A stretch of 64,000 bases of DNA, taken from the human T2T-CHM13v2.0 reference genome, Homo sapiens. Both the position numbers and the translations under genes were made by a program. Positions 1-19,570 of this stretch are shown piece by piece (position 1 is the stretch's first letter; the number at the start of each line of letters is the position of its first letter). The notes under the pieces were generated by a model. It saw only the letters and a program-made list of their open reading frames with translations. It had not been told where the DNA came from and searched no databases. The stretch lies in assembly GCF_009914755.1 (NCBI RefSeq), contig NC_060936.1; one strand, given 5' to 3'.

Positions 1-139
1 AGCTTTTTGAGCCAGGATGAGCAAGGAGAAGGAATTTCACAAGATAATGTCATCAGTTAAGGCAGGAACTGGCCATCTGGATGTGTACATGCAGGTCACA
101 GGGGACATGATGGCTTAGCTTGGGCTCAGAGGCCTGACA
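1..139 (-). mobile_element. LTR7 (HERV-H LTR), 5' U3 portion, cut by window edge
   Basis: Reverse complement begins TGTCAGGCCTCTGAGCCCAAGCTAAGCCATCAT...CCAGATGGCCAGTTCCTGCCTTAACTGATGACATT, the LTR7 start. Confidence 0.9.
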
Positions 140-715
140 CTCTTCCTCCAGAGGAGGAGACCCAGACAGAAGAGGAGGAGGCAAGGTGATCACAGAGGCA
201 GAGATTGGATCATGCAGCCACAAGTTGAGGAATTCTAGTAGCCTCTATAAGCTGGAAGATGCAAGGAATGGATTCTCCCCTAGAACCTCTGAAGAAGCAT
301 GCTCCTGCTGACCTTTGATTGATTTTGGACTTCTGGCCTCCAGACAATTTTTTTTTTTTTTTTTTTTAGACAGAGGCTTGCTCTGTTGCCCAGTCTGAAG
401 TGCAGTGGCACAATGTCAGTTCACTGCAACCTCCTCCTCCCAGGCTCAAGCCATTCTCTTGCCTCAGCCTCCCAAGAAGTGGGGAATACAGGTGCCTGCC
501 ACCATGCATGGCTAATTTTTGTATTTTTAGTAGAGACGAGGTTTTGCCATATTGGCCAGGCTGGTCTCAAATTCCTGGCCTCAAGTGATCCACCCACCTC
601 AGCTTCCCAAAGTCCTGAGATTATTTAGGTGTGAGCCATGGCACCCGGCCCAGACATTGTTTGAAGCCACCCATTTCATGGTTCTTTGCTGCAGTGGTTG
701 TGGAATATGAATGCA
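140..715 (+). mobile_element. MLT1 (MaLR) LTR fragment interrupted by Alu
   Basis: gaggcagagattgga...aagctggaaga.gcaaggaatggattctcccctaga...ttggacttctggcctccaga; resumes after the Alu. Confidence 0.7.
347..650 (-). mobile_element. Alu
   Basis: Poly-T, dimeric Alu, cagaca flanking both ends. Confidence 0.95.
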
Positions 716-919
716 CTCGTGCTGTTGGTTAGACTTTGCTGACCTTGTGTCTGTTATTCCCTGGCAGTTCTACAAGGCCTGGAGCTGATACGAAAAACCT
801 CCCTTCTTTCCCAAATGCTCCCCAGCTTCCCCGTTCACTGAAGGCCCTGCAGTCAGGAACAGTCAGGACTTTGCACCCAGTTGTTGTGGGTGTTTGGCCG
901 ACTCTTCCTCTTGTGTGAT

Positions 920-1065
920 TCATGGACCCTCAGCATTGCATCACCTAGGAGCTTTTGGAATTGAAGACTCTCAGGGCTCACCCGGAAGGACCTCCTGGGC
1001 CAGAATCTGCATTTTAACAAGATGCTCAGGTGATTTGCATACACGTTCAGATCTGAGAAGCGCTA
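920..1065. mobile_element. MER5-like hAT-Charlie DNA transposon
   Basis: gcatcacctaggagctt...gaatctgcattttaacaagat...aggtgatt motif. Confidence 0.65.
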
Positions 1066-1417
1066 ATAAGGGAGACTTTAAGGTGGTAATTAGATCTTTT
1101 CTCCACCTGCAAGAATCTTAGTTTCTTCATGTTAAATCTATTAACTGTGGCAATGTAATGGAGGTTATAAAACAAAACAAAATCCTTACATCAAGAATGC
1201 ACCCTGGTGTGTTATGGATGTGGGTGAAATGAAGTGTCTGGAATTTGCTTTAAAATATCCTAAAATAGCAAGAAGGAAAAGAAAAGTGGAAACTGGAATG
1301 AGATTGGAGAAATATTGACAAGTTCTTGCAGTGGGATGATGAGTGCATGGGGGTTCATGGTGTAATTCTCTCCCTGCTTTTTATGCATATGGGAAATTTC
1401 CATAATGAATAGTTAGA

Positions 1418-1703
1418 GGTCGGGCACGGTGGCTCATGCCTGTAATCTCAGCATTTTGGGAGGCTGAGGTGGGTAGATTGCTTGAACCTAGGAGTTCAAG
1501 ACCATCCTGGACAACATGGTGAAACCCCATCTCTACTAAAAATGCAAAAATTAGGCATAGTGACAACATGCCTGTAGTCATGTTGAGGCACAAGTTTGAG
1601 ACATGAGAATCACTTGAACCCAGGAGGCAGAGGTTGCAGTGAGCCAAGATCGCACCATTTCACTCCAGCCTGGGTGACAGAGTGAGACTTGGTCTCAAAA
1701 AAA
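1418..1703 (+). mobile_element. Alu
   Basis: ggtcgggcacggtggctcatgcctgtaatc...gtctcaaaaaaa. Confidence 0.95.
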
Positions 1704-2006
1704 TTTTAATTTTCTTTTTGTTTTTGAGATGGAGTCTTGCTCTTTTGCCCAGGCTGGAGCGTAGTGGTGACATCTTGGCTCACTGCAAGCTCCACCTCCC
1801 GAATTCACTCCATTCTTCTGCCTCAGCCTCCAGAGTAGCTGGGACTATAGGCACCCAGCACCATGTCCGGCTAATTGTTTGTATTTTTAGTAGAGATGGG
1901 GTTTCACCGTGTTAGCCAGGATGGTCTCAATCTCCTCACCTCGTGATCTGCCCACCTTGGCCTCCCAAAGTGCTGGGATTACAGGCATGAGCCATCGTGC
2001 CCGGCC
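1704..2006 (-). mobile_element. Alu (tail-to-tail with the preceding Alu)
   Basis: T-rich tail, ends gtgcccggcc. Confidence 0.95.
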
Positions 2007-2010
2007 TTAA

Positions 2011-2320
<310 letters not shown>

Positions 2321-2709
2321 CAACTGTTTTTCATGACTCCACTTTTTCTCCCCTCTTGGAAATGAGTAGTCTTTGAGGGAATGTCTTTTTTGTCTCAATC
2401 TCTGGTTTCTTTGCTCAGTGCACCTGTGTTTGGGGCTTTGTTGATCTCCAGGCCTTTTTCAGCAGCGTTGTCCCTGGAGAGCAGGATGGGAGCTGATGGC
2501 TTCTCAGCATCTTTTAACTCAGTTTAAAGATGACTGTCAACAACATCTAGTCAGCATCTGTTGCTCTCGGCAGCTGGGACTTCATTTCTTTTCTCTTTCT
2601 CCACCTCTTTAACCTCTTTAAGACTCTGTCTTTGTCATGGGTACAGCATCCCCTGTGTGGCCCTTAGGCTCTCTTACTTACATGTGATCTGCGTATTATG
2701 TCTTTACTT

Positions 2710-2930
2710 CAGGGCTTCTCAACCGGGGGTGATTTTGCCCCCCAGAGAACATGTGGCCATGTCTGGAGACAATTTTGGTGGTTGCGGCTGGAGGAGGTGG
2801 TGCTACTGGCAGCTAATGGGTAGAGGCCAGCGATGCTGCTAAGCATCCTACAATGCCCCGGACAACTCCCACTAAGACAGAATAATGATCCAGCCCCAAA
2901 TGTCAATAGTGCTGAAAGTGAGAGACCCTG
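2710..2930. mobile_element. MER20 DNA transposon
   Basis: cagggcttctcaacc...gattttgccccccag...gggtagaggccag.gatgctgctaa...ccccaaatgtcaatagtgctga...accctg, with terminal inverted repeats. Confidence 0.85.
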
Positions 2931-3064
2931 ATTCCATCTTAGAGATCATCCAAGCACACTTGGCCAAATTGGTTTTGCTACTGTCCCATGAAGAAAAGGC
3001 AGACTCATGACTGATGGCAACATCGATGGGAATTTTGTTTACCTCTTCTTTGTGGACTTTGGGA

Positions 3065-3180
3065 TACGATGACTTACCATTTGTGCAAGTTGTGCATTGC
3101 ATACCTCCAGGGGGCGCCACCCACATATTTATGAAAATGCCACCCCAGGAATTGCACAGTACATAGTCTACATGGCAATA
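3065..3180. mobile_element. MER91B-like palindromic hAT element
   Basis: ttgtgcaagttgtgcattgcatacctccagggggcgcca...tgccaccccaggaattgcacagtaca, degenerate palindrome. Confidence 0.6.
3104..3118 (+). promoter_or_regulatory. Candidate CTCF site
   Basis: CCTCCAGGGGGCGCC matches the CTCF core CCNCNAGRKGGCRC. Confidence 0.5.
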
Positions 3181-4457
3181 AGCAGTTGCTCTGGTTTTGG
3201 GGTTGTCCTGGGGTGCTCTGGAACTGGGAGGAACTTTATTTCTGGCCATTAGAGGCCCTGAGCATGATTTTGAGTATCCTTTCAAGAAAGGAGAAATGTT
3301 GAACAGAGACGACCTCATTTTTATAACTCTTGACCGTCATCTAGTTATGGAGCATCCACTTTTCACCCCTGGGCCATATCCATTTGAAGGATGAAAAATC
3401 ATCAAATTATAATATCATGGCTTATACTTTTGATAGCTTCTGCCCAGAACATGGCGGTAACAGCTTCTCATTTTCAATTGAGTCATTGGGGGAGAAAATA
3501 TACACGGCTGCCCTAAGACTTTCTATTACATACCATTTGTTTGACGGGATTTCTTTAGTTTCTGCAGCATAACTTATTCTAACTGGTCCTCAATCACTTT
3601 GCAATAAAACCTGAGATTGTGAAGATGTTCATTGTCATTACCAGTGACGGAGCAGTAAGTACAGAGTTCTGGAGAGGGAAGGAATCGAGAGAGTTAAACT
3701 AGCAGAATGAGCCGCTCATCCTCAGAATTGCTTTTAATCTTGGTGAGAACTGAGGGGAATTTTGACAGGGTTCAGGGGGACTGCGGGGAGTGGGGCTGGG
3801 AAGTGGCTGTTTGCACGTGTGGTCAGCAAATCCAGTGAGGGGGTCCATGTACTGTGGGCAGCCCCACAGATGGAGTTGGGATTGCCCTAGACTGAGTACT
3901 GGGTCATCAGTACTCAAGACATCGAGGCCCAGGCTGGTGCAGGAGATACATTGCACTGTTTCAGCCTTTCTTCTATCGCTCCTCTCCAATGACAGTCCCC
4001 GATTTTCCGCCGAGGAATCACTAGTCCCCCACGACATGTGTGCGACTGGCCATTCCCCACCCTGATCTGGAGCTGGGGCATGTGGTCCCAGCCTGGATGT
4101 CAGTATCCTTCCACCACCCTGGCCACAGTGATTGGGTCTGAGAAGCAGATTAGCCAAAGGAGAGACAATCTTGGAAATTTCACGTTCATGCTTAAGAAAG
4201 TAAAATGGAAAGCGGGGGGAGGGTGAGGGTTCATTCTGATAATACAGTTTTAGGACCTGGATGTAGCCACACCTGTAGCTGTCAACTCTGTGCCATAGTA
4301 CTGCTTTTTTTTTTTTCCTTCAAATTTAAATACTTTCTAAAGGCAAGGTCTTGCTATGTTGCTTAGGCTGGTTTTGAAAAGTCCCTTTTTGGGGGATGCT
4401 TTCACTGCTTCACTTCCTTTCTATGACAGCTCATGGAATCAGAAGACAAGGGAGATG

Positions 4458-4750
4458 ATTTTTTTGTTTGTTTGTTTGAGACAGGGCTTGCTCTGTTGCC
4501 CAGGCTGGAGTGCAGTGGTGCAATCACAGCTTGCCACAGCCTTGATCTTCTGGACTCAAGCGACCCTCCTGCTTCAGCCTGTTGAGTAGCTGGGACTGTA
4601 GGTGGGTACCAACATGGCCAGCTAATTAAATTTTTTTTTTTTTTTTTTAGAAGTGAGATCTCACTATGTCACCCAGGCTGGCCTCAAACTCCTGGGCTCA
4701 AGTGATCGCCCTGCCTTAGCTTCCCAAACATACAAGGGTGAGCCCCCACA
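4458..4750 (-). mobile_element. Alu (AluJ-like)
   Basis: Dimeric antisense Alu; an extra Alu fragment follows at about 4795-4865. Confidence 0.85.
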
Positions 4751-4874
4751 CCAGTCAACGCTGTGGTTTTATGCACCTGGAGTCTCCCTACGCCCTGAGC
4801 AATGATCCTCCTGCTTCAACCTCCCAAAGTGCTGGGATAACAGATGTGAAGCAGCATGTGTGGCCCACATAGTA

Positions 4875-6322
<1,448 letters not shown>

Positions 6323-6344
6323 TCATCCCATTTTTAAAAAATAA

Positions 6345-6668
<324 letters not shown>

Positions 6669-7300
6669 GACACACCATTCAATTTTAAGGAACTTCCAGG
6701 TGCTGTGGTCACGTTCCTCTTGTGTGGCATGCAGGTGGGGAGAGATGAGTTGGAAGATGACTGGATGGGGGCATGGAGCTAGTTGGGAAGAGGAAAAGTG
6801 TCTTGAAGGAAGTAAGTCCCTTCGGATAAGGGAGGGAGAAGCTTGATCAATATGCAGACTTTCACAGTCCTTCAGTCCTGGAGATATTGGTGGAGAGACA
6901 GGTCTTGCCTTACATTTGAGAGTTACCCTCCCAGGCAGAGGCCCTACTTCCACCTTCTTGCAGGTGGGGCTGGGGGGCAAATACTTCGATGAGAAACGAA
7001 CACCCTTTGTAAGCATGTGAAAAGTTTCTGGAGTGGAGAGATGATGAAGCAGGATATTTGGAGCCAACAGCCAAAGTTTTTATTTTTTATTTTGTATTAT
7101 ACTTTAAGTTTTAGGGTACATGTGCACAACGTGCAGGTTTGTTACATATTTATACATGTGCCATGTTGGTGTGCTGTACCCATTAACTCGTCATTTAACA
7201 TTAGGTATATCTCTTAATGCTATCCCTCCTCCCTCCCCCGACCCCACAAAAGGCCCCAATGTGTGATGTTCCCCTTCCTGTGTCCATGTGTTCCCATTGT

Positions 7301-11113
<3,813 letters not shown>

Positions 11114-11176
11114 TATGATGTTAGCTGGTTATTTTGCTCATTAGTTGATGCAGTTTCTTCCTAGCCTTGATGGTCT

Positions 11177-12193
11177 TTACAATTTGGCATGTTTTTGCAG
11201 TGGCTGGTACTGATTTTTCCTTTCCCTGTTTAGTGCTTCCTTCAGGAGCTCTTGTAGGGCAGGCCTGGTGGTGACAAAATCTCTCAGCATTTGCTTGTCT
11301 GTAAAGTATTTTATTTCTCCTTCACTTATGAAGCTTAGTTAGGCTGGATTTGAAATTCTGAGTTGAAAATTTTTTTCTTTAAGAATGTTCAATATTGGCC
11401 CCCACTCTCTTCTGGCTTGTAGAGTTTCTGCTGAGAGATCAGCTGTTAGTCTGATGGGCTTCCCTTTGTGGGTAACCTGACCTTTCTCTCTGGCTGCCCT
11501 TAACATTTTTTCTTTCATTTTAACTTTGGTGAATCTGACAATTATGTGTTTTAGAGTTGCTCTTCTTGGGGAGTATCTTTGTGGTGTTCTCTGTATTTCC
11601 TGAATTTGAATGTTGGCCTGCCTTGCTAGATTGGGGAAGTTCTCCTACATAATATCCTGCAGAGTGTTTTCCAACTTGGTTCCATTCTCCCTGTGACTTT
11701 CAGGTACACCAGTCAGACGTAGATTTGGTCTTTTCACATAGTCCCATATTTCTTGGAGGCTTTGTTCATTTCTTTTTATTCTTTTTTCTCTAAACTTCTG
11801 TTCTTGCTTCATTTCATTCATTTCATTTTCCATCACTGATACCCTTTCTTCCAGTTGATCGAATCGGCTACTGAGGCTTGTGCATTTGTCACGTAGTTCT
11901 CGTGCCTTGGTTTTCAGCTCCATCAGGTCCTTTAAGGACTTCTCTGCATTGGTTACTCTAGTTAGCCATTCGTCTAATTTTTTTTCAAGGTTTTTAACTT
12001 CTTTGCCATGGGTTCGAACTTCCTCCTTTAGCTCGGAGTAATTTAATCGTGTGAAACCTTCTTCTCTCAACTTGTCAAAGTCATTCTCTGTCCTGCTTTA
12101 TTCCATTGCTGGTGAGGAGCTGCATTCCTTTGGAGGAGGAGAGGCACTCTGATTTTTAGAGTTTCCAGTTTTTCTGCTCTGTTTTTTCCCCAT
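11177..12193 (-). pseudogene. L1 ORF1 remnant
   Basis: REKRIKRNEQSLQEIWDYVKRPNLRL; premature stop at 11645. Confidence 0.9.
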
Positions 12194-13868
12194 CTTTGTG
12201 GTTTTATCTACCTTTGGTCTTTGATGATAGTGACGTAAAGATGGGGTTTTAGTGTGGATACCTTTTCTGTTTGTTAGTTTTCTTTCTAAGAGTCAGGACC
12301 CTCAGCTGCAGGTCTGTTGGAGTTTGCCTGGGTGTCAGCAGTGGAGGCTGCAGAACAGAGGATATTGGTGAGCAGCAAATGTTGCTGCCTGATTGTTCCT
12401 TTGGACGTTTTGTCTCAGAGGAGTACCCGGCCATGTGAGGTGTCAGTCTGCCCCTATGAGGGGGTGCCTCCAGTTAGGCAACTCGGGGGTCAGGGACCCA
12501 CTTGAGGAGGCAGTCTCTCCATTCTCAGATCTCCAGCTGCATGCTGGGAGAACCACTATTCTCTTCAAAGCTGTCAGACAGGGATATTTAAGTCTGCAGA
12601 GGATTCTCTGCCTTTTGTTTGCCAATGCCCTGCCCCCAGAGGTGGAGCCTACAGAGGCAGGCAGGCCTCCTTGAGCTGTGGTGGGCTCCACCGGGTTGGA
12701 GCTTCCCAGCTGCTTTGTTTACCTACTGAAGCCTAGGCAATGGTGGGCGTCCTTCCCCCAGTCTTGCTGCCACCTTGCAGTTTGATCTCAGACTTCTGTG
12801 CTAGCAATGAGTGAGGCTCCATGGGTTTAGGACCCTCTGAGCCAGGCACAGGATATAATCTCCTGGTATGCCGTTTGCTAAGACCATGGGAAAAGTGCAG
12901 TATTAGGGTGGGAGTGACCCGATTTTCCAGGTGCCATCTGTCACCCGTTTCTTTGACTAGGGAAGGGAATTCTCTGACCCCTTGCACTTCCCGGGTGAGG
13001 CAATGCCTCGCCCTGCTTAGGATCATGCTCGGTGTGCTGCACCAAGTGTCCTGCACCCACTTTCTGACACTCCCCAGTGAGATGAACCCAGTACCTCAGT
13101 TGGAAAAGCAGAAATCACCTGTCTTCTGCGTCGCTCATGCCAGGAGTTGTAGACTGGAGCTGTTCCTATTCGGCCATCTTGGCTCCACCCCCACTATTAT
13201 GATTCTTACACAGAGTCCTTTGCTTTCCAGCAGCCTCCTCCTCCTCCTTTTTAGGTTGGAATCCCTCTATTTTAGTGGCCACTGGGATTCTGAAATGACC
13301 AGGTCTTTGTCTCAGAGACCTCACACATGCTCTTCCCTCTGCCTGGAACACTTTTCCTTGCTGTGGTCCCCTGAGATCTCTTTCAGCTCAACTGCCCCAT
13401 GCTCAGAGACCCCCTTTCTCCCTCTCTAGTTTGAAGCCAGTTTACCCCTGTAGTCTGTGCCTGGAAAACTCGTTTTCCTCCTTGATGCCTCCTGAGTTGT
13501 CACAGGATGTATGTGCCTGTTTGGGTGTCTGGTGTCTGTCTCCCCGACTGGACTGCATGCTCCTGGTGAGCTGGAGGGTCTAGACTAGCATAGGCCAAGG
13601 CCCTGGGGCTGGAGGGAGCAGAGCAGAAGGCACAGGCAAAAGGTCTGTGATCCAGAAGGAAGTGAAGGAGAGGGAGAGAGATGAGAGAGATGCAGAAGAT
13701 GGGCCAGGGGCCAGGCTGTGTGGAATCTTTTGGGCCACAAAAAGACATTTGAATTCTTATGTAAGAGAACCAGGACACCATTGGAGGGTATGAGTCACCT
13801 CATCTAACTGAGCTCTGTAAATGTCAATGTTTTATTATTTTTATACAATTATTTAAAAGTGATTTTAG

Positions 13869-14495
<627 letters not shown>

Positions 14496-14609
14496 CCGGA
14501 GCCGCCTCAGCCTCCCTAGAGCTGACCGAGCTTTTGCTTCTTATCACAGGGAATGACGGACGCTGGGGCTTTGATGGGCATCGGATGAAATGGGCAGAGT
14601 GACGCTTAC

Positions 14610-14855
14610 CTGGGATGGCAGTGAAGTGGGATGGGGAGGTCATTGTGACAGGGGGCTGCATGAGGTAATTGGCCTTGATGCCCTCCCTGGCCAGACGGTC
14701 CAGGTTGGGGGTGTCCACATCCTGATCCTAGTCCCAGCGGAAGCCCTGGAAGGAGATCAGCAGCAGTAGTGAGTACTCTTCTTCCCTGGGAGGGGGTGGC
14801 CACCCAGCAGGACAGGCAGTGGCAGCAACAGCTGGAGGGCGCCGAGCCATGTCAT
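14610..14855 (-). pseudogene. ENPP7P: ENPP7-like (alkaline sphingomyelinase family) pseudogene, first coding exon
   Basis: Signal-like MTWLGALQLLLPLPVLLGG, a frameshift, then LLLISFQGFRWD*DQDVDTPNLDRLAREGIKANYLMQPPVTMTSPSHFTAIPG (ENPP7 LLLVSFDGFRWNYDQDVDTPNLD...TMTSPCHFTLVTG); in-frame TAG at 14728-14730; donor CAG/GTAAG at 14610/14609. Confidence 0.9.
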
Positions 14856-15144
14856 CCCACGAGCACCTGTCATGCACTCCTCACAGAGTTCATGGGCTTC
14901 TCCCTCTTTAGTCCGTTGTTGAACAAAGTCCACATTAATAATTCAGCCCAGCTCTGTTGTGGGACAAACAAACTGGAGTGTAGCAAGGTGCTGCATATTT
15001 GCAGGACAGTATGAAAGCATTCTGGAAATGGATGGGGGACATGGCTGTACAATGTGGTGGATGCACTTAACACCACTGAATTTTTCCTTTGAAAATGGCT
15101 AAAATAATAGATTTTGTATGTATTTTACCACAATAAAAAAATCA

Positions 15145-15558
<414 letters not shown>

Positions 15559-15610
15559 TTATAGAGAGAGCAAATTATTGTTCACCAGCACTATTAAAAT
15601 AGCTACAACA

Positions 15611-15941
<331 letters not shown>

Positions 15942-16087
15942 TCATGAGGCCAGGCACTGTACACATGTACATCATCTCATTTAATTTTTTCTCTTGTTTA
16001 AAATTAGTTTTTCCTCTAATCCCCATGTTGATCGACATCTTTTTAATCCTAGGAATTAGTTGAAAATTTCGCGTAAGAATTAAAAGT

Positions 16088-16382
16088 TGCCTGGCCTGAT
16101 GGCTTCCACCTGTTATCCCAGCACTTTGGGAGGCTGAGATGAGAGAATCACTTGAAGCCGGGAGTTTGGGCCAGTCTGGGCAATATTGCGAGAATGCAAC
16201 TCTATAAAAAAATTAAAAAAGCTGGGTGTGGTAGGGTTCACATGTAGTCCCAGCTACTTGGAAGACTAGGTATGAGGATTGCTTGAGCCCAGGCGGTAAA
16301 GGCAGCAGTGAGCTATGATTGTGCCATTGCACTGCAGCCTGGGTGATGGAGTGAGACTCTATCTCTAAAATAAATGAATAAA
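16088..16382 (+). mobile_element. Alu (AluJ-like)
   Basis: Diverged dimeric Alu. Confidence 0.88.
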
Positions 16383-16725
16383 ATTGTGGTATAATATATG
16401 CAACATTTACCATTTTGTGTATCTGAAAGTGTACAAGTCAGTGACATTTTGTACATTTATCATGTTGTGCAATTATCACCACTACCTAGTTTCAGGGCTT
16501 TTTCAACACCTCAATTGGAAGCTTCATATCCATTCAGCAGTCACTCTGCATACCCCCTCCTGCAGCCCCTGGAAACCTCTCATCTACTTTCTATCTCTGT
16601 CGATTGGCTTATTCTGAACATTGCATATAAATGGAATTGTACAATATATGACCTTTCATGTCTGCTTGTTTCACTGAGCATGTTTTTAACGTTCATCCAT
16701 ATCACAACATGGATAAGTTTTATTT
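16383..16725 (-). mobile_element. Old L1 (L1MB-like) 3' end
   Basis: catgttgtgcaa.tatcaccacta...cagcccctggaaacc...cata.aaatggaat. Confidence 0.7.
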
Positions 16726-18533
16726 TCTTTTTAGACCCAATCTAAAAAGAAAAAAAGTTGTAAAACAAAAACAAAAAATATATAGGATGGAGTTCAGATG
16801 AGTCCTGCAAAGTTTATAATATTTACTATCTAGCACTTTACATAGAAGCTTGCCTAGCTCTGAATGATATGCAGGTACAGAGATGACATTTATCTTGGCA
16901 CTTATAGAAAGACCTATAAATTGTATAAAGACATCATCATTGGATTTCCAGTAACAAGAAGCGGCAAGACATGACGGTGTGTCCAGGTGTTCAGGTGAGG
17001 TTTAGGGAAGGTCTTGTCTTGACGAGGTCGGATGTGAGACCCAGATGAGATAACCCCATTTCCCCTGCTGAAATTGCCTGAGAATTTCATTCCAGTTATT
17101 TGCGTAGGTTGATTCTTTTGGTGGGGGTGGGGTGGGTGAGGAGGTGAAGTGTCAGGGGAGTTCTATTTTGTATTTGCACAACTTGGCTTTCTTTTTACTT
17201 GGTGTGCTGTTTTGCTGTATGAGGAATTTCATAGCATTTTGTGATGAGTATGCAGCATAGTGGTTTGAATCCTGCCAGGCTGAGGGTCATATCTCAGCTC
17301 TGAAACTCATTATCTATGACGCCTTGCGGCAGGTCCCATAACTCTCCAAGCCTCTGTTCTATATTTCATGTGGTTGTGAGGTTCAGATGAAATAATGCAT
17401 GCTGGCAGGAATGGTTACTGCTCATGGGATTTCCAGGTGCTTCCCATATTCCCCAGACCCCCTGTAGTTAGATGGATCCATGCCAGGGTCCAGTGCTCTA
17501 TAAGTGGAAGTCACTGACATCACCTCTAGTCTACAGCTTTTGAGGGCTTGGGAATAACTCTCTCATTCTCTCATCTCCTGGTGCAGTAACTATGGGAGAA
17601 TCCTTGCATTAAGATGGTAGAATTTCCATCATTCTAGGATTTTGAGTGGCCATATGGAGCACATCATACCCAGGCAACCCATTGTGGACATGTAATGTAA
17701 GAAATCAACCTTGGTTGCTAAGCTGCTGAGACTCTGGGGTTAATTTGTTACTGCAGCATAACCTAGTCCATCCTGATGCATGCAGCATGCAAACCACTTA
17801 TGTTGACCCTTAGTCATGGTAAGTGCTCCACAGATGTTGGTTACTTTTGGTAGGAAGATAGATTGCCTCTGAAAGTTTTGTTAGGTGATCTCATGATGCC
17901 AATATTGCTATTTTGTAATTGGATAAATTGGACTTGGCTCTCCTTCCAGCATGTGGGAGAGAAAGATGACTGAGAGACAATAAGGCACTATTATCTTCAG
18001 TTTGTGTCCTTGGATACCCTTGGTGGCAATGAACAATGCATGCCCCTCTGAGAAAACTGGACCTAAAGGAGAATGGGAGATGATACCAGAATTGGGAACC
18101 TCCAAGGCCCCAGGCATTCCCTGGTCTGGAGAAAACTTTGAGTCCTTGGTGGGAAGATTCTCCAAGGGAACATAAATGCTTCTACTACCTAGTTTGTCTC
18201 TTTGAGAAGTAAAACTTTTTTTTTCATTCCAGTAGCTTTTGGGGTACAGTTTGTCTCTTTGAGAATTGCATACTAATTAATTTTAGGGGTCATCTGTACA
18301 CATCTCTATATTCCTGAAACATGGTAGAAACAGCCAGCAGTCAGGCGACAATCTACTATGACCACTAAAGTATCCCCAAAGTGAAACACCAGATGTGATC
18401 CACTAGGTTTAGTGGAGGTGGCTGGCTTGACAGTTGATTATATTTATTATTGTCACTGTGGTGATTATGGCCACAACATTGTGATGCGTGTTGGTGTTCT
18501 TTTGGTGAGCTGCAGTTTGGAAGGAATAAATCC

Positions 18534-18765
<232 letters not shown>

Positions 18766-19261
18766 TGAGCACATTGGGTGTGGTGGAGGATGAACTGCAG
18801 GGGAGAGAGGAAGCCTCCTCCTGCCACTATGTTTTCAAGTTGTCCTAATACTCCACCATGACACGCAGGCTTGTGGGTCCCAGAGCTCCAGAAGCATCTC
18901 CCGACCACAACATCCTGACCCAGATTCTACTGAATAATACGTGAGTCTAGCAGAGCGATCTCTGACACTTCCCTTCTTTTGAACGGCTGATCTGTCAGCC
19001 ATGGGGAGCCCTTATGAAAGTGCAGTGTGTTTTGTGAAACTTGAGGTTGATCAAAGAATACCATTAAACTTTGTTAAGAAATCTACATATTGATGACATA
19101 GGCAGTGGGGTGGAGGTGGGGAAATTCCCAAATACATTTTAGGAATTATCTCAGGAGGTAATAGTCAGAACTCTTGGTTGCCAGTGACAGAAAGTCATCT
19201 TACTAGTGTGGAGTGGAAAAGGGATCATGTTTTTCTCTGCACTCCCCAACCCCAACCCCAA

Positions 19262-19560
19262 CCCCAAGCAGATCCTGAAAGAGGGACAGGATTGCAAGTG
19301 GATTATTTAGGAGATGATTCCAGGGAACACCAATAGAGGAGTGAGGAATTGATTCATGGAAAGGCAGGAGGCCACACAGGGGGCTTCCATGAGCAGCTTA
19401 CCACTCCAGGCAACTAGGATTTGACCCCACTGGGGACCTCTGGGAGGTGATGTGGAATACATTTCAAAGTTGTTCCATCCAGGGGGCAAAGATATTGAAG
19501 CATTTATAGCCTGGCTCCTATCCGTCACTTGCTGAGGACTGATCCCATGGCATCAACTCT
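19262..19560 (-). mobile_element. LTR16-like (ERVL) LTR fragment
   Basis: aagcagatcctga...aggattgcaagt..attatttaggagatgattccaggga. Confidence 0.5.
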
Positions 19561-19570
19561 CTGGCTTTGC

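Noticed and set aside
4300-4455. Possible small-RNA retrocopy after a T-run
   Set aside because: Only a short Alu-like piece is recognisable; no known RNA or TSD identified
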